From positions 32,001 to 96,000 of the IMG/VR virus record IMGVR_UViG_3300027736_000027: a stretch of 64,000 bases of DNA; one strand, written 5' to 3'. Every line of letters starts with the position of its first letter. Position 1 is the first letter of the stretch. Position numbers and translations under genes: made by a program. Source of the DNA: a virus. This document shows positions 28,725 through 37,827 of this stretch, piece by piece. The notes beneath the pieces are model-generated. The model did no database searches. It had not been told where the DNA came from and was given only the letters and a program-made list of their open reading frames with translations.

Positions 28725-29801
28725 CTAGACTGGTTTATTAATATAGATAAAACCGTTTGTACCGGCTGTACCGGCTGTGCCTGCCGTACCTGCAGTACCG
28801 GCAGTACCGGCGGTACCTGCTGTACCAGAGGTACCAGATTTGGTTAACTCAGAGGCATCCCATATTTCTGGTAATCTATTATTACCTGCTGGCTTGCTAG
28901 TTGGCACTAGTAATTTAACTAGTGTACAGTATTTAGCAAGTTTTTCTAGATCAGCGGCTTCAATTGAATTATGTGGAGTATTTAACTTATCATCAAGTAG
29001 AGCACCATATGCCAGTGCAGTTTTTGGTCCGTATGTTCCGTCTGCTGAACCAAGTATAGCTGAAAGTTTTAGATCAGGCAGGGCTTTACTAAATTCAGGA
29101 GCTAATAATATTAACTGAGCAAATTTTACTTCTCTACCCTTTAATCCAGACTTAGCAAGTGTACCGATATTAGGAACACCTTTACTTAACAGCTTATCTT
29201 TTAAAAATGCAAGTACATCAGCATCGGCTGCTGGTAATACAATAGGATCCTTTTTATTTTGATCATCCTTCTTTTCCTCTTCTTTTATTTTTTCCTTATG
29301 CTCTTCCGTTTTAGGATTAACCTTTTGACCGTCTACAACCAGCTTATCCATATCAGTATCTAACCAGACATTTATACCACCAGGTTTCAGATACGGCGGT
29401 ACATTAGGGACCTTTGCCATATCAAAACGATCAGCCATTCTAAACGATAGTACTGCTCTTAATATCGCATTGTCATTATTAAATATTTGAGGTATAACTC
29501 CTCTTTGTTTGAGTGTATCTACTGTAATAAACACAAAGGTACCGGTTGCTGCCTTTTTAAATTTTTCATCACTTGCTAAATATGTTTCAAGATGTGTTTT
29601 AACTAGTGCTAGTGCTTGGTCTTTCGTTGCCTCATTTGGTGGATTAATTTTTGCAACTACTGAAAAGTTAGCTGTCTCACCGGCGTTTTTATCTGGTGTA
29701 TTAAGGTTGAGTTTTACAACTTCGTCTTGTTTTTCGTTAATCGGTGAAAAACTTGCTGAATTTGATTCAGTTAGGAATTGACTAAATGATTTAAATATCA
29801 T
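28725..29801 (-). CDS. leader-tagged peptidoglycan-binding protein with C-terminal (GTA)n tail
   Basis: MIFKSFSQFLTES; ADGTYGPKT; GTS(GTA)7GTNG; TATAAATAAC at 29856-29863 (-). Confidence 0.75.
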   Translation of the reverse strand: MIFKSFSQFLTESNSASFSPINEKQDEVVKLNLNTPDKNAGETANFSVVAKINPPNEATKDQALALVKTHLETYLASDEKFKKAATGTFVFITVDTLKQRGVIPQIFNNDNAILRAVLSFRMADRFDMAKVPNVPPYLKPGGINVWLDTDMDKLVVDGQKVNPKTEEHKEKIKEEEKKDDQNKKDPIVLPAADADVLAFLKDKLLSKGVPNIGTLAKSGLKGREVKFAQLILLAPEFSKALPDLKLSAILGSADGTYGPKTALAYGALLDDKLNTPHNSIEAADLEKLAKYCTLVKLLVPTSKPAGNNRLPEIWDASELTKSGTSGTAGTAGTAGTAGTAGTAGTAGTNGFIYINKPV

Positions 29802-29892
29802 AAATTTATTTACTTTTTTTATAATTAACTAAATAATATATTAGTTATACATAGTTATTTATATAGCATACATTAAGGATAAATAACTCTAT

Positions 29893-31020
29893 ATGAAATA
29901 TCTTTTTGAATTTGCAGAATATTTAGAGTCAACTGCACCGGATCAATCATTTGGAATACTTGGTGATGCTGGCACAGACTCTCAATTTGGTGAACAAACT
30001 GGTTATTTTAAAGAGTTAATTCAGTATGCAGCTGACTCAGGCGTTGATGCCTTTGTATTTACTGACTTTACCTCAACCGACTGTACGGCCTGGACCCTAG
30101 CTAATGATAACTGGACCTCATCCGTTAGAGGATTACCTGCGGTATTTTACGATAGAAGCTTTAAAAATAAAACAGATAAAGGTAAAACTTCAAATACCCG
30201 ATTTTTATTAAATTGTGGGTGTACTCCATTAAACAGTCCAGATTTTAGAAAAGTATCACTTGATAAATATTTAACCCATGAAACCTTAATAAATGAAGAC
30301 CTTGGAAAATTAAAGATTCCATATACTCAAAAATACAGTAAATCAAGTCTTATTAAGTTTATGAGTAATTATCCTGAAGCTATTATTAAACCTAGATTTG
30401 GCTCAGGCGGTAAAGGTATAATTAAGGTATCTAAAAACAAGTCAGGCTATTTAATTAACTATTTAGATAAGTCAACCTCTGCGACTGACTTAAATTTAGC
30501 AAATCGCATTGATGAAGTTCGTAAAAGCATGAGGTCCAATGGCCGAATTTATATTATTCAGGAGTGTATTGCGCTACCTCAATATAATGGTGGAGTATTT
30601 GATGTTAGGGTAATGTATCAAAGGGATAAGGCTAAAAAACCAGTAAGAACCGGCATGGCAGTTAGACTTGCTGCTCCCAGTAAAATTACAGCAAATTTAC
30701 ATCAAGGCGGCAGTAAAGAAACCCTAAGTAATATTTTAAAATCAATATTTAATCAAGACATAGACGGTCCCATTGCCCAGTCAATTAGAGATGCATCACA
30801 GGTAATATTTGATATTTTAGATAAAAAGTGTGGACCGATTGGAGAAATTGGATTGGATTTTTTAATTGATCAAAGCGGCGAAATCCACCTACTAGAGGTA
30901 AATTCAATTCCAGGAAGGAATTTATTTAAAATATTACCGGATATTAGAAAAACTGCAATTCAAAGGCCAGTTGACTATGCCAAACGGTTGTTAAAGGATC
31001 TTACCAAAAAAAGCCGCTAA
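29893..31020 (+). CDS. leader-tagged ATP-grasp ligase, YheC/YheD-like
   Basis: MKYLFEFAEYLES; IKPRFGSGGKGI, IIQE, FDVRV, ANLHQGG, GLDFLID, LLEVNSIPG. Confidence 0.88.
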   Translation: MKYLFEFAEYLESTAPDQSFGILGDAGTDSQFGEQTGYFKELIQYAADSGVDAFVFTDFTSTDCTAWTLANDNWTSSVRGLPAVFYDRSFKNKTDKGKTSNTRFLLNCGCTPLNSPDFRKVSLDKYLTHETLINEDLGKLKIPYTQKYSKSSLIKFMSNYPEAIIKPRFGSGGKGIIKVSKNKSGYLINYLDKSTSATDLNLANRIDEVRKSMRSNGRIYIIQECIALPQYNGGVFDVRVMYQRDKAKKPVRTGMAVRLAAPSKITANLHQGGSKETLSNILKSIFNQDIDGPIAQSIRDASQVIFDILDKKCGPIGEIGLDFLIDQSGEIHLLEVNSIPGRNLFKILPDIRKTAIQRPVDYAKRLLKDLTKKSR

Positions 31021-31031
31021 TGCGGCTTTTT
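31008..31031. terminator. bidirectional intrinsic terminator
   Basis: AAAAAGCCGC-TAAT-GCGGCTTTTT. Confidence 0.85.
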
Positions 31032-31050
31032 AATTTAAAATAAAACGATG

Positions 31051-31254
31051 TTACATTAGTTTAATTGTATTATAGAGTTTAAGTCTATTTTTAGCATTTC
31101 CATTTGAATATTTATCCCAAATAACAGAGGACTCAGTATCCATAAAGGAATAGGCATCAGCCGCAGTCATGTATTTTTCAAATAATTCATGGCTAGATGA
31201 AGCTGCTGCTAATTTAATTAAGTCAATATCTAATAATCGCCTATGATATCCCAT
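31051..31254 (-). CDS. hypothetical protein
   Basis: 67-aa ORF coupled to the upstream stop. Confidence 0.6.
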   Translation of the reverse strand: MGYHRRLLDIDLIKLAAASSSHELFEKYMTAADAYSFMDTESSVIWDKYSNGNAKNRLKLYNTIKLM

Positions 31255-31778
31255 TAATTAGAGGCTGGGGTGGTTTCAGTTTCTCGTAATTTTGCAATTT
31301 CAGAATCTAATGATTTCATTTCCATAATTACAGTATTTAAAGCAATTGCAATTCTAAATACACGCTGTGCAGTATCTAAGCCAGAGCCTTCATATCTATT
31401 TAAAATTAAGGCACAGGCTTCAATTGCAGATGCTGATAAATTTGCAGTAGGATTATCAATTCCACTATTAGTAGCTGCCTCTAGTGTTCCAATTGCAGAC
31501 GAAAAGCCTAAATAGCAAGTCATTAACATAAAAGCCTCATTTGGACCAATAAATGGAAATTTGTTATTACAGCCATTTTTAATCCATTTTAAATCAGTTA
31601 AGTCTAAATTAATAGCCCAATATCCAGTACGCTTATTAATTAATTTGTCAAGTTCTGACATTTCTTTAGCCTCAGGCTCAGTGGTAGTTTCAGTAGATGG
31701 TTCAGAGCCTGCAACTATTTCAGTATCAGGTGAATCCATTACTAGTGAATCAGTAATTAAGTCGGTTGTTTTTTTCAT
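31254..31778 (-). CDS. hypothetical protein
   Basis: 174 aa; class-II promoter at 31804-31830. Confidence 0.7.
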   Translation of the reverse strand: MKKTTDLITDSLVMDSPDTEIVAGSEPSTETTTEPEAKEMSELDKLINKRTGYWAINLDLTDLKWIKNGCNNKFPFIGPNEAFMLMTCYLGFSSAIGTLEAATNSGIDNPTANLSASAIEACALILNRYEGSGLDTAQRVFRIAIALNTVIMEMKSLDSEIAKLRETETTPASN

Positions 31779-31829
31779 AAATTATTTGGTTTGTATTTAG
31801 ATTATCTTACTAAAAAAAATAGGCAAGTT

Positions 31830-32297
31830 TCAGGAAATTCTATCTAAAATTATTCTTTGAGCCGAGGCTATTTTAGAATAGGCTAGCTCAATATCAATAA
31901 ACCCAGCCCAGTCAATTTCGCCACTTTGTAATTGTGATTTAGGCACAGTTAAACCAGTTAAGCCAATTTCAGATAGGCTATTGATATTACAAATTAAATA
32001 GTGAATATTATTAATAACAGTTTTTCCAGAATATACCTGAATTATTTCAGTATGTGGCTCTACCTGATTAGGCTTAATTAGTATACCAATTTCCTCGTAT
32101 GTTTCCCTAACTGCAGCCTCTTCCGGAGATTCACCATCCTCTATTTTACCCTTGGGAATTCCCATAACCGGCTTAGCCCAGCTGCCATTGGTTGCATGCA
32201 CTAATAAAATTTTTGAATTATAAATTATTGCAATTCCTGCACTGTCTCTCTTTTTTTTAGAGTCACGATTAGAGAACTTTTCAAATGTATTAATCAT
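31830..32297 (-). CDS. Nudix hydrolase with short leader
   Basis: Nudix box GKIEDGESPEEAAVRETYEEIG; MINTFEKF. Confidence 0.92.
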   Translation of the reverse strand: MINTFEKFSNRDSKKKRDSAGIAIIYNSKILLVHATNGSWAKPVMGIPKGKIEDGESPEEAAVRETYEEIGILIKPNQVEPHTEIIQVYSGKTVINNIHYLICNINSLSEIGLTGLTVPKSQLQSGEIDWAGFIDIELAYSKIASAQRIILDRIS

Positions 32298-32306
32298 AGT
32301 TAGTTA

Positions 32307-33035
32307 TTAAAGTAAATAAGGACACTTCTTGGAAATCTCCTCTCTATTAATATACTCACTTAAATATTTTTCAACTAATGATTTAGAGGTTTGGTGTTTA
32401 TACCAATTTGGGATTTTTCCAAGTTTAGATTCATATGCTTGAAAATATAAATCAACCAGTTCAGGTGTTTTTAATTTAAAATTTTCCATTGCCAATAGGA
32501 TCGGGCCGGTTTTTGTAAAACCTATTCTAAATCTAGAAAATTCTGATGATAATTTAGAATATAAGTTTTCAGAAATTTGAGATAATATTGGAATCTCAGG
32601 ATATCTAGCTATATTTAAATGAATTGGCCTGCCGTCAATTATTTCTCTGGCTCCAATTATACGCCCTTCATAGGTGGCAACCTGAATTTGAGTATCAATT
32701 TTTGGTTTATTAAAATAAATTGAACCCTTTAATAAATTTGCACGGTTTAGGTGTCTAAAAGTTGGAAACGTTTGAATGGTAGAGTTTGGAGAAATTACTG
32801 AAATTGGCGTTTTTAATTTCATAGCCTTAAATCTGTCTCCTACAAATCCTGGAATTAGGTCAGATCCGGCTAATCTATTAAATACTTGATGCGTTGAATA
32901 TTCGTTTGGGGTAATTTGTACGCTAATTTTTGCATCACTGTTAAATAGGTCAGGAATATTATGATTTTCCCCAATTAGGGCAATTTTTTTAGAAAAAATA
33001 TCATGAACTTGAAACTCATCAAACGGTCTTATCAT
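32307..33035 (-). CDS. leader-tagged hypothetical protein, possibly a degenerate ATP-grasp fold
   Basis: MIRPFDEF; weak similarity only. Confidence 0.55.
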   Translation of the reverse strand: MIRPFDEFQVHDIFSKKIALIGENHNIPDLFNSDAKISVQITPNEYSTHQVFNRLAGSDLIPGFVGDRFKAMKLKTPISVISPNSTIQTFPTFRHLNRANLLKGSIYFNKPKIDTQIQVATYEGRIIGAREIIDGRPIHLNIARYPEIPILSQISENLYSKLSSEFSRFRIGFTKTGPILLAMENFKLKTPELVDLYFQAYESKLGKIPNWYKHQTSKSLVEKYLSEYINREEISKKCPYLL

Positions 33036-35377
33036 CTACGTGTTATTAATTTTCCAATTTTAAAAAAAGATTCGTCTACATTAAGATTTCCAAGGCCCAA
33101 TGAATCTGGAACAGTTCCGTTTTTCCAATGAGTAAGAGTTTCGGCCTTAAGGCTTTCTTTTTTGTCTGGACTTAATGATCCACTTTCTACTAATTCATTA
33201 AGCGTTTTATCTAAATTAGATTTACCGGTTTCATTAATTAATATTGATCCAGTTTTTTCATGATATACATCAGCCAAATACGCTACATGATTAGGATCAG
33301 ATGCGGATATTGGGTGCTGAGGATCAATATTGGTATCTTCTCCAAGTAGAGCAAGGATTGATTTATTATATTTAATTAGCCCTGAATTTTCAAAATCCTC
33401 TGGTGTAATTAAATTAGTTACAACCTTGCCTTCTTTATATGCATGATGCCATTTTATAATATTACCAGCCTCAGCCTCAGCTACAGTACTATCAAATTGG
33501 CAAGCGTTAGGGTTAGTTTCTCTAATTACTTTTATCTTACTGGATTTAGCCTCAGCCATTTTATCAGATAATATCTGATATTCTTTAGGATTACTGGTTT
33601 TAAATTGTTCAAGATCAGCTGCACTTATTCCAGAAATAGGATCAGATTCTTCATATACTGCAATTTTAGATAATAGTTCATTCATTGAACTAATAAGAGT
33701 ACCTGCTGCCGTATCCGATACAGTTGATAAGATTTTATCCGGGCCTCTATTTATTATGTCCTGCACACATTTACCCTTGATACACTGTTTTAAAATAAAT
33801 CCAATAAGGGCTTTTAGGGTAACACTACGATGGGCTAATCCTCCAGTTAATTTAGCAAGAGTTTTTTGAATAGACCTTAGATTTTTAGTTCCAGAAATTA
33901 GGGCCTCAGGTGCCTCTTTAAATATAGATAAAGTGGCTGCAACCCTAGGTTGAGTTGCAATAATCTGTTCCATAATTTTAGGATTGGTAGTCATTTCACC
34001 AAATAATTTAGAAACAACGGCAGCATCCCCGGTTTTAATTGCATTGACTAGAGCAGCTTCACCCGGTTTCCATCCCATTTTTACAAGTTCACTAGATATT
34101 TTGGTCTCTTTCATTAAATTTACAATTGAAGTTGCTGATTTAGTATTAAGAACGCTGCCTATTAACTTTTCAGTCGCTGCAGATTTAAGATAAAGCTCTT
34201 CAATTGATGCGCTTGGCTTTGTTAACATAAATGATTTATATTCAGCAGATTTCATAATATCTGCCTCAATTTTTGTGCTTAATCCTTCAAGATTACCAAG
34301 AGCCTTTGATGTTTTAACTTCAATGTCAGCAGCGACTGTTGCATCTTTACCTGCAGCAAGAGCTGCATCCTTTGCTAAGGTTGAACCAGCAGCGGCCGTG
34401 CGTTCAGCACCAGCAAGTAATTGGGCATCTTGTTTTAGTAAAAGTTCACCAGCTTCAGTTGCAGCTTTTCCAGCAGAGCTTGCTTTAATAACAAGTTCAT
34501 CAATAAATTTAGTTGCAGGTAGTATTTTAGCTAAATCAATTAAACCAAATGATCCAAGCTTAACTGCCTTAGATATAATTGAAATTAATGTTTTAATTAT
34601 TTTTAGGCCAGTAGTAAGAAGAAATGTTCCAAATCCTTTTAACATGTCGCCAAATTTTGGAATAATACCAGTGGCCGCTCCTTTATCAATAGCAAGTGCA
34701 CCGGCCTTAAAGTCCATTGCTCCAGCCCTTAAGGCTGCTGACTCTGATCCTTTCCATATTAGACCAATTAACTTTTCTCCACCTACCATAAACGGTTTAA
34801 ATAGAGTTTTAAAACCAGCTAAAATTGGGCCAGCAAATGCCAATGCAACATTCATAAAACCTAGTAAATAACTTGGATTAGGCTGTATAAAATAAATTAG
34901 TGCATTTAATAAGTTTGCCGCAACATCGCTAGGAAAACCAATCCATGAGCCTGGAATAATTCCAATAATATCTAATACAAAGTGTAATATACCAAGCGGC
35001 GTGCCGCCTTCTGTCATTGTAGATAAAAAGCTTTTAACCGTAGAGGCAAGGCTTTCATTTAAAGATTCAAGTGATTCAAGAGTTTCTAAATATGCTCCTT
35101 CGAGTGTTAACGAAACTGGATTATAGCCATATCGGTTTAGTAAGCTTTCATTTCTATTAATATCTGAAATGCTATCAAAATTTTCTAATAGGTATATTTG
35201 GTGAGATGTTATTGCCTGGGCCTCCTGTTTAGAAATTTCCCTGGCAGGTTCAAAGGTAAGAGTACTGATATATTTCCAATTCTCAATCGGAACAGCTGAT
35301 ATTGATTCCCTAAGTTCAATTAATTTAGGATTATTATGAAGTTCAAAAAATTCGGTCGGTGATGTTATAAATTTCAT
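33032..35377 (-). CDS. large putative virion/ejected protein with pre-toxin (PT-TG-like) hydrophobic segment
   Basis: several LRES/RNES/LNES sites; ILHFVLDIIGIIPG...DVAANLLNALIYF. Confidence 0.65.
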   Translation of the reverse strand: MKFITSPTEFFELHNNPKLIELRESISAVPIENWKYISTLTFEPAREISKQEAQAITSHQIYLLENFDSISDINRNESLLNRYGYNPVSLTLEGAYLETLESLESLNESLASTVKSFLSTMTEGGTPLGILHFVLDIIGIIPGSWIGFPSDVAANLLNALIYFIQPNPSYLLGFMNVALAFAGPILAGFKTLFKPFMVGGEKLIGLIWKGSESAALRAGAMDFKAGALAIDKGAATGIIPKFGDMLKGFGTFLLTTGLKIIKTLISIISKAVKLGSFGLIDLAKILPATKFIDELVIKASSAGKAATEAGELLLKQDAQLLAGAERTAAAGSTLAKDAALAAGKDATVAADIEVKTSKALGNLEGLSTKIEADIMKSAEYKSFMLTKPSASIEELYLKSAATEKLIGSVLNTKSATSIVNLMKETKISSELVKMGWKPGEAALVNAIKTGDAAVVSKLFGEMTTNPKIMEQIIATQPRVAATLSIFKEAPEALISGTKNLRSIQKTLAKLTGGLAHRSVTLKALIGFILKQCIKGKCVQDIINRGPDKILSTVSDTAAGTLISSMNELLSKIAVYEESDPISGISAADLEQFKTSNPKEYQILSDKMAEAKSSKIKVIRETNPNACQFDSTVAEAEAGNIIKWHHAYKEGKVVTNLITPEDFENSGLIKYNKSILALLGEDTNIDPQHPISASDPNHVAYLADVYHEKTGSILINETGKSNLDKTLNELVESGSLSPDKKESLKAETLTHWKNGTVPDSLGLGNLNVDESFFKIGKLITRR

Positions 35378-35418
35378 TAATCATTAATACTTTTTATTAT
35401 TTATTAGTGAAATATTAA

Positions 35419-36483
35419 TTAAAGTGAATCTGCTATTTGGCTAAGTATTTTAAAATAGTCAGCCCCGGAACAGTCTTTTAAGAATTTACAAATTTCTTCA
35501 AATTCAGATACCGTATGGAAGGTTAGCGCAGGCTGGCTTCCAACCTTATATGAAATTGGGACAGTTCCGAATATAATAGATTCGTATACTCTGGCTGGAA
35601 TAAAACCTTCTTTTAAATAGAGATCTTTACTTACATTTACCGAAACCAGCGAATTTTCAAGAGCAGTCCAAATATCTTTACGGTTCTCTCTAGGACATAA
35701 CTTAACTGACCTAGTTGAATTAATCCATTGCTCAAGTTCAGGAGTTGACTTTGCAGCAACAGTCATTTTAAAAGAGTCACCACTAAATAGTGTCATATGG
35801 TCTACATTATTAATAATATCATTAATAATTGTATTTTTACTGTGGCCAGATTTATAATTTTCAAATGATAAATTTCCATAGTATATAAGATTTGCTGGCT
35901 TGGTTGTACTCGACTTTTGATGTAAATCCATGCAACTTTTCAAAAATGATTTGCCTATTCCAGGTATTGTAATTGATGGAATTTCTCTAGTGATTCCTAA
36001 TTCAGCAAGTCTGGCAATAAAAGATTCACTAAGCGAAAGATCTGTATCTAAAACTACAATATCTTTTGGGTCATAACCTGCAATAATTGCAACTTCAATA
36101 ATTTTTTCAAATTTTGAAGCATCCGTTAATTTTTTTTCAAGAGTTGATAAATTACGAAATCTGGCTTTTAGAAATAACTTTGAATAGCTCTTATCCTCAA
36201 TATTAGAAATAACTCGATTAAAGCCTATTCGGTAATGATCAATTAATTTTTTGCTATAGGTATGAAATATTGAACCTAATTTACCATCTCCGAAAATTGG
36301 AACCATATCAACTGGCGGAGCATCATCTATATAGTTTAAAAAATCAAATCGGCTAACTCCATATTTTTCAGAAATAGAGTCAAGTAAACCTAATTGATAA
36401 AATGTATGGCCTGGAATATTTCCACTAAATAAACCTAATTCTCCGAAATAAGCATATAAAGATTTAGATTCAGTAGTTTGCAT
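35419..36483 (-). CDS. GT-B glycosyltransferase resembling T4 DNA beta-glucosyltransferase
   Basis: LIYYG and SKDLYLKEGFIPARVYES resemble BGT VIYGG and GDKNYNDNFITLRVWE as recalled; class-II promoter at 36489-36514. Confidence 0.6.
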   Translation of the reverse strand: MQTTESKSLYAYFGELGLFSGNIPGHTFYQLGLLDSISEKYGVSRFDFLNYIDDAPPVDMVPIFGDGKLGSIFHTYSKKLIDHYRIGFNRVISNIEDKSYSKLFLKARFRNLSTLEKKLTDASKFEKIIEVAIIAGYDPKDIVVLDTDLSLSESFIARLAELGITREIPSITIPGIGKSFLKSCMDLHQKSSTTKPANLIYYGNLSFENYKSGHSKNTIINDIINNVDHMTLFSGDSFKMTVAAKSTPELEQWINSTRSVKLCPRENRKDIWTALENSLVSVNVSKDLYLKEGFIPARVYESIIFGTVPISYKVGSQPALTFHTVSEFEEICKFLKDCSGADYFKILSQIADSL

Positions 36484-36506
36484 ATCTAGTTATACTATTT
36501 AGATAA

Positions 36507-36689
36507 TTAAGTTTTATTTAATATATTATAAAGTTCGCAGTCTGCTGAATAAAGAGCCTCGGCGATTTTTTGCATCTGCTTGCCAGTAACAATATATTCA
36601 GATTTTTCAAATCCAACATAGACTGGGCAAGTTTCACCAATTGACTCCATAATTTCTCTAGCCTCTTCAATTACTTTTAATACTTCCAT
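36507..36689 (-). CDS. hypothetical protein
   Basis: 60-aa ORF abutting the methyltransferase. Confidence 0.55.
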   Translation of the reverse strand: MEVLKVIEEAREIMESIGETCPVYVGFEKSEYIVTGKQMQKIAEALYSADCELYNILNKT

Positions 36690-37490
36690 TTACACATTTT
36701 TAAATCCAGCAAAGTGAGTTATGAAATGCTTACTTGTTCCAGCATTTCGGTTTACAAAGATACGATCAAAGTTATTTTCCATAATTGACATTACTTCATT
36801 AAACTTTTGAGTGCGATTTTCAAGTAGCCAACTATAATGAAAATGATATTCTACAATAAATAATTTTATTTTACTCCAGTCAGTAATTGACCTAATCATT
36901 TCATATTCTAAACCTTCAATATCCATCTTTACACAATTAACCTTTTTAAGAACTTCATTAATGTTCTCAGCAGGCACGGTCATTACTTTTCTACCTTTTA
37001 CTGGATGAACTGAGTGTTTACCTGAATCCTGAGAAAGAAAAAAGTCTACTGAGGTTTCATCACCTGGTACAACTGCCTTTTCAATAATTTCGCAACGATC
37101 TTGTACACCATTCATTTCAATATTCTGTTGAGCAAATTCTACATTATTATGGAATGGCTCATATGAATAAACTTTTTTAATTTTAGGAAATTGGGTAAGT
37201 AGTCGGGTTGCAAATATACCAATATGGGCACCGGCGTCTAACCAAGTATCTTCTTGATTAAGATCGTCAAGGCTTAATGGATTACCGTCCTGTGCATAGT
37301 GAGGTAAAAATAATGGTTTAAAATACTCTCCACCAGTTGGCTTCATTGAGATATTTTGAGAAACATTGAATTTGATCTCTTCTTCTGACCTAACCAGAAA
37401 TTTATATTCGTGATATTTAGTCTTTTTTTCAAAGACTTGAAGAGTTCCAGCTTCTCTAGCTTCCTCAATTGAGCATAATACGTCTGCCAT
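36690..37490 (-). CDS. FkbM-family SAM-dependent methyltransferase
   Basis: WLDAGAHIG, YSYEP, VKMDIEGLE, VEYH. Confidence 0.88.
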   Translation of the reverse strand: MADVLCSIEEAREAGTLQVFEKKTKYHEYKFLVRSEEEIKFNVSQNISMKPTGGEYFKPLFLPHYAQDGNPLSLDDLNQEDTWLDAGAHIGIFATRLLTQFPKIKKVYSYEPFHNNVEFAQQNIEMNGVQDRCEIIEKAVVPGDETSVDFFLSQDSGKHSVHPVKGRKVMTVPAENINEVLKKVNCVKMDIEGLEYEMIRSITDWSKIKLFIVEYHFHYSWLLENRTQKFNEVMSIMENNFDRIFVNRNAGTSKHFITHFAGFKNV

Positions 37491-37522
37491 TTTTCTATAA
37501 TGTTTAGACTATTATACTATAA

Positions 37523-37827
37523 TTACTTGTCTTGGTTTAAATCAAATGGAGTATCTTTAATTGAAAGTTCATCCGTTTTATCTGGATTAATTCCAGATAT
37601 TTGATAGTCATTATCCTTGGGTTTTTCTAAACTTTCAATATCTGATGATTTAACTCGGATTGACCGGTTATCTGAAGTCATTAGTAGATAGGTTCCACTA
37701 ACTGCATCTATTCCAATAATTGTACCTGAAGTATCATCGTTTAGCACAACCCGTTTTCCAACACTATATTTTGCAGTTTTTGGAGAAACTAGAGTAATCG
37801 ACTCAGCTTCGTTTATGCTTTTTTTTT
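37523..37827 (-). CDS. -1 frame extension (SH3/KOW-like) of the upstream putative core protein
   Basis: frame is open through the A9 run: KKSINEAESITLVSPKTAKYSVGKRVVLNDDTSGTIIGID...; hairpin at 37785-37810. Confidence 0.65.
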
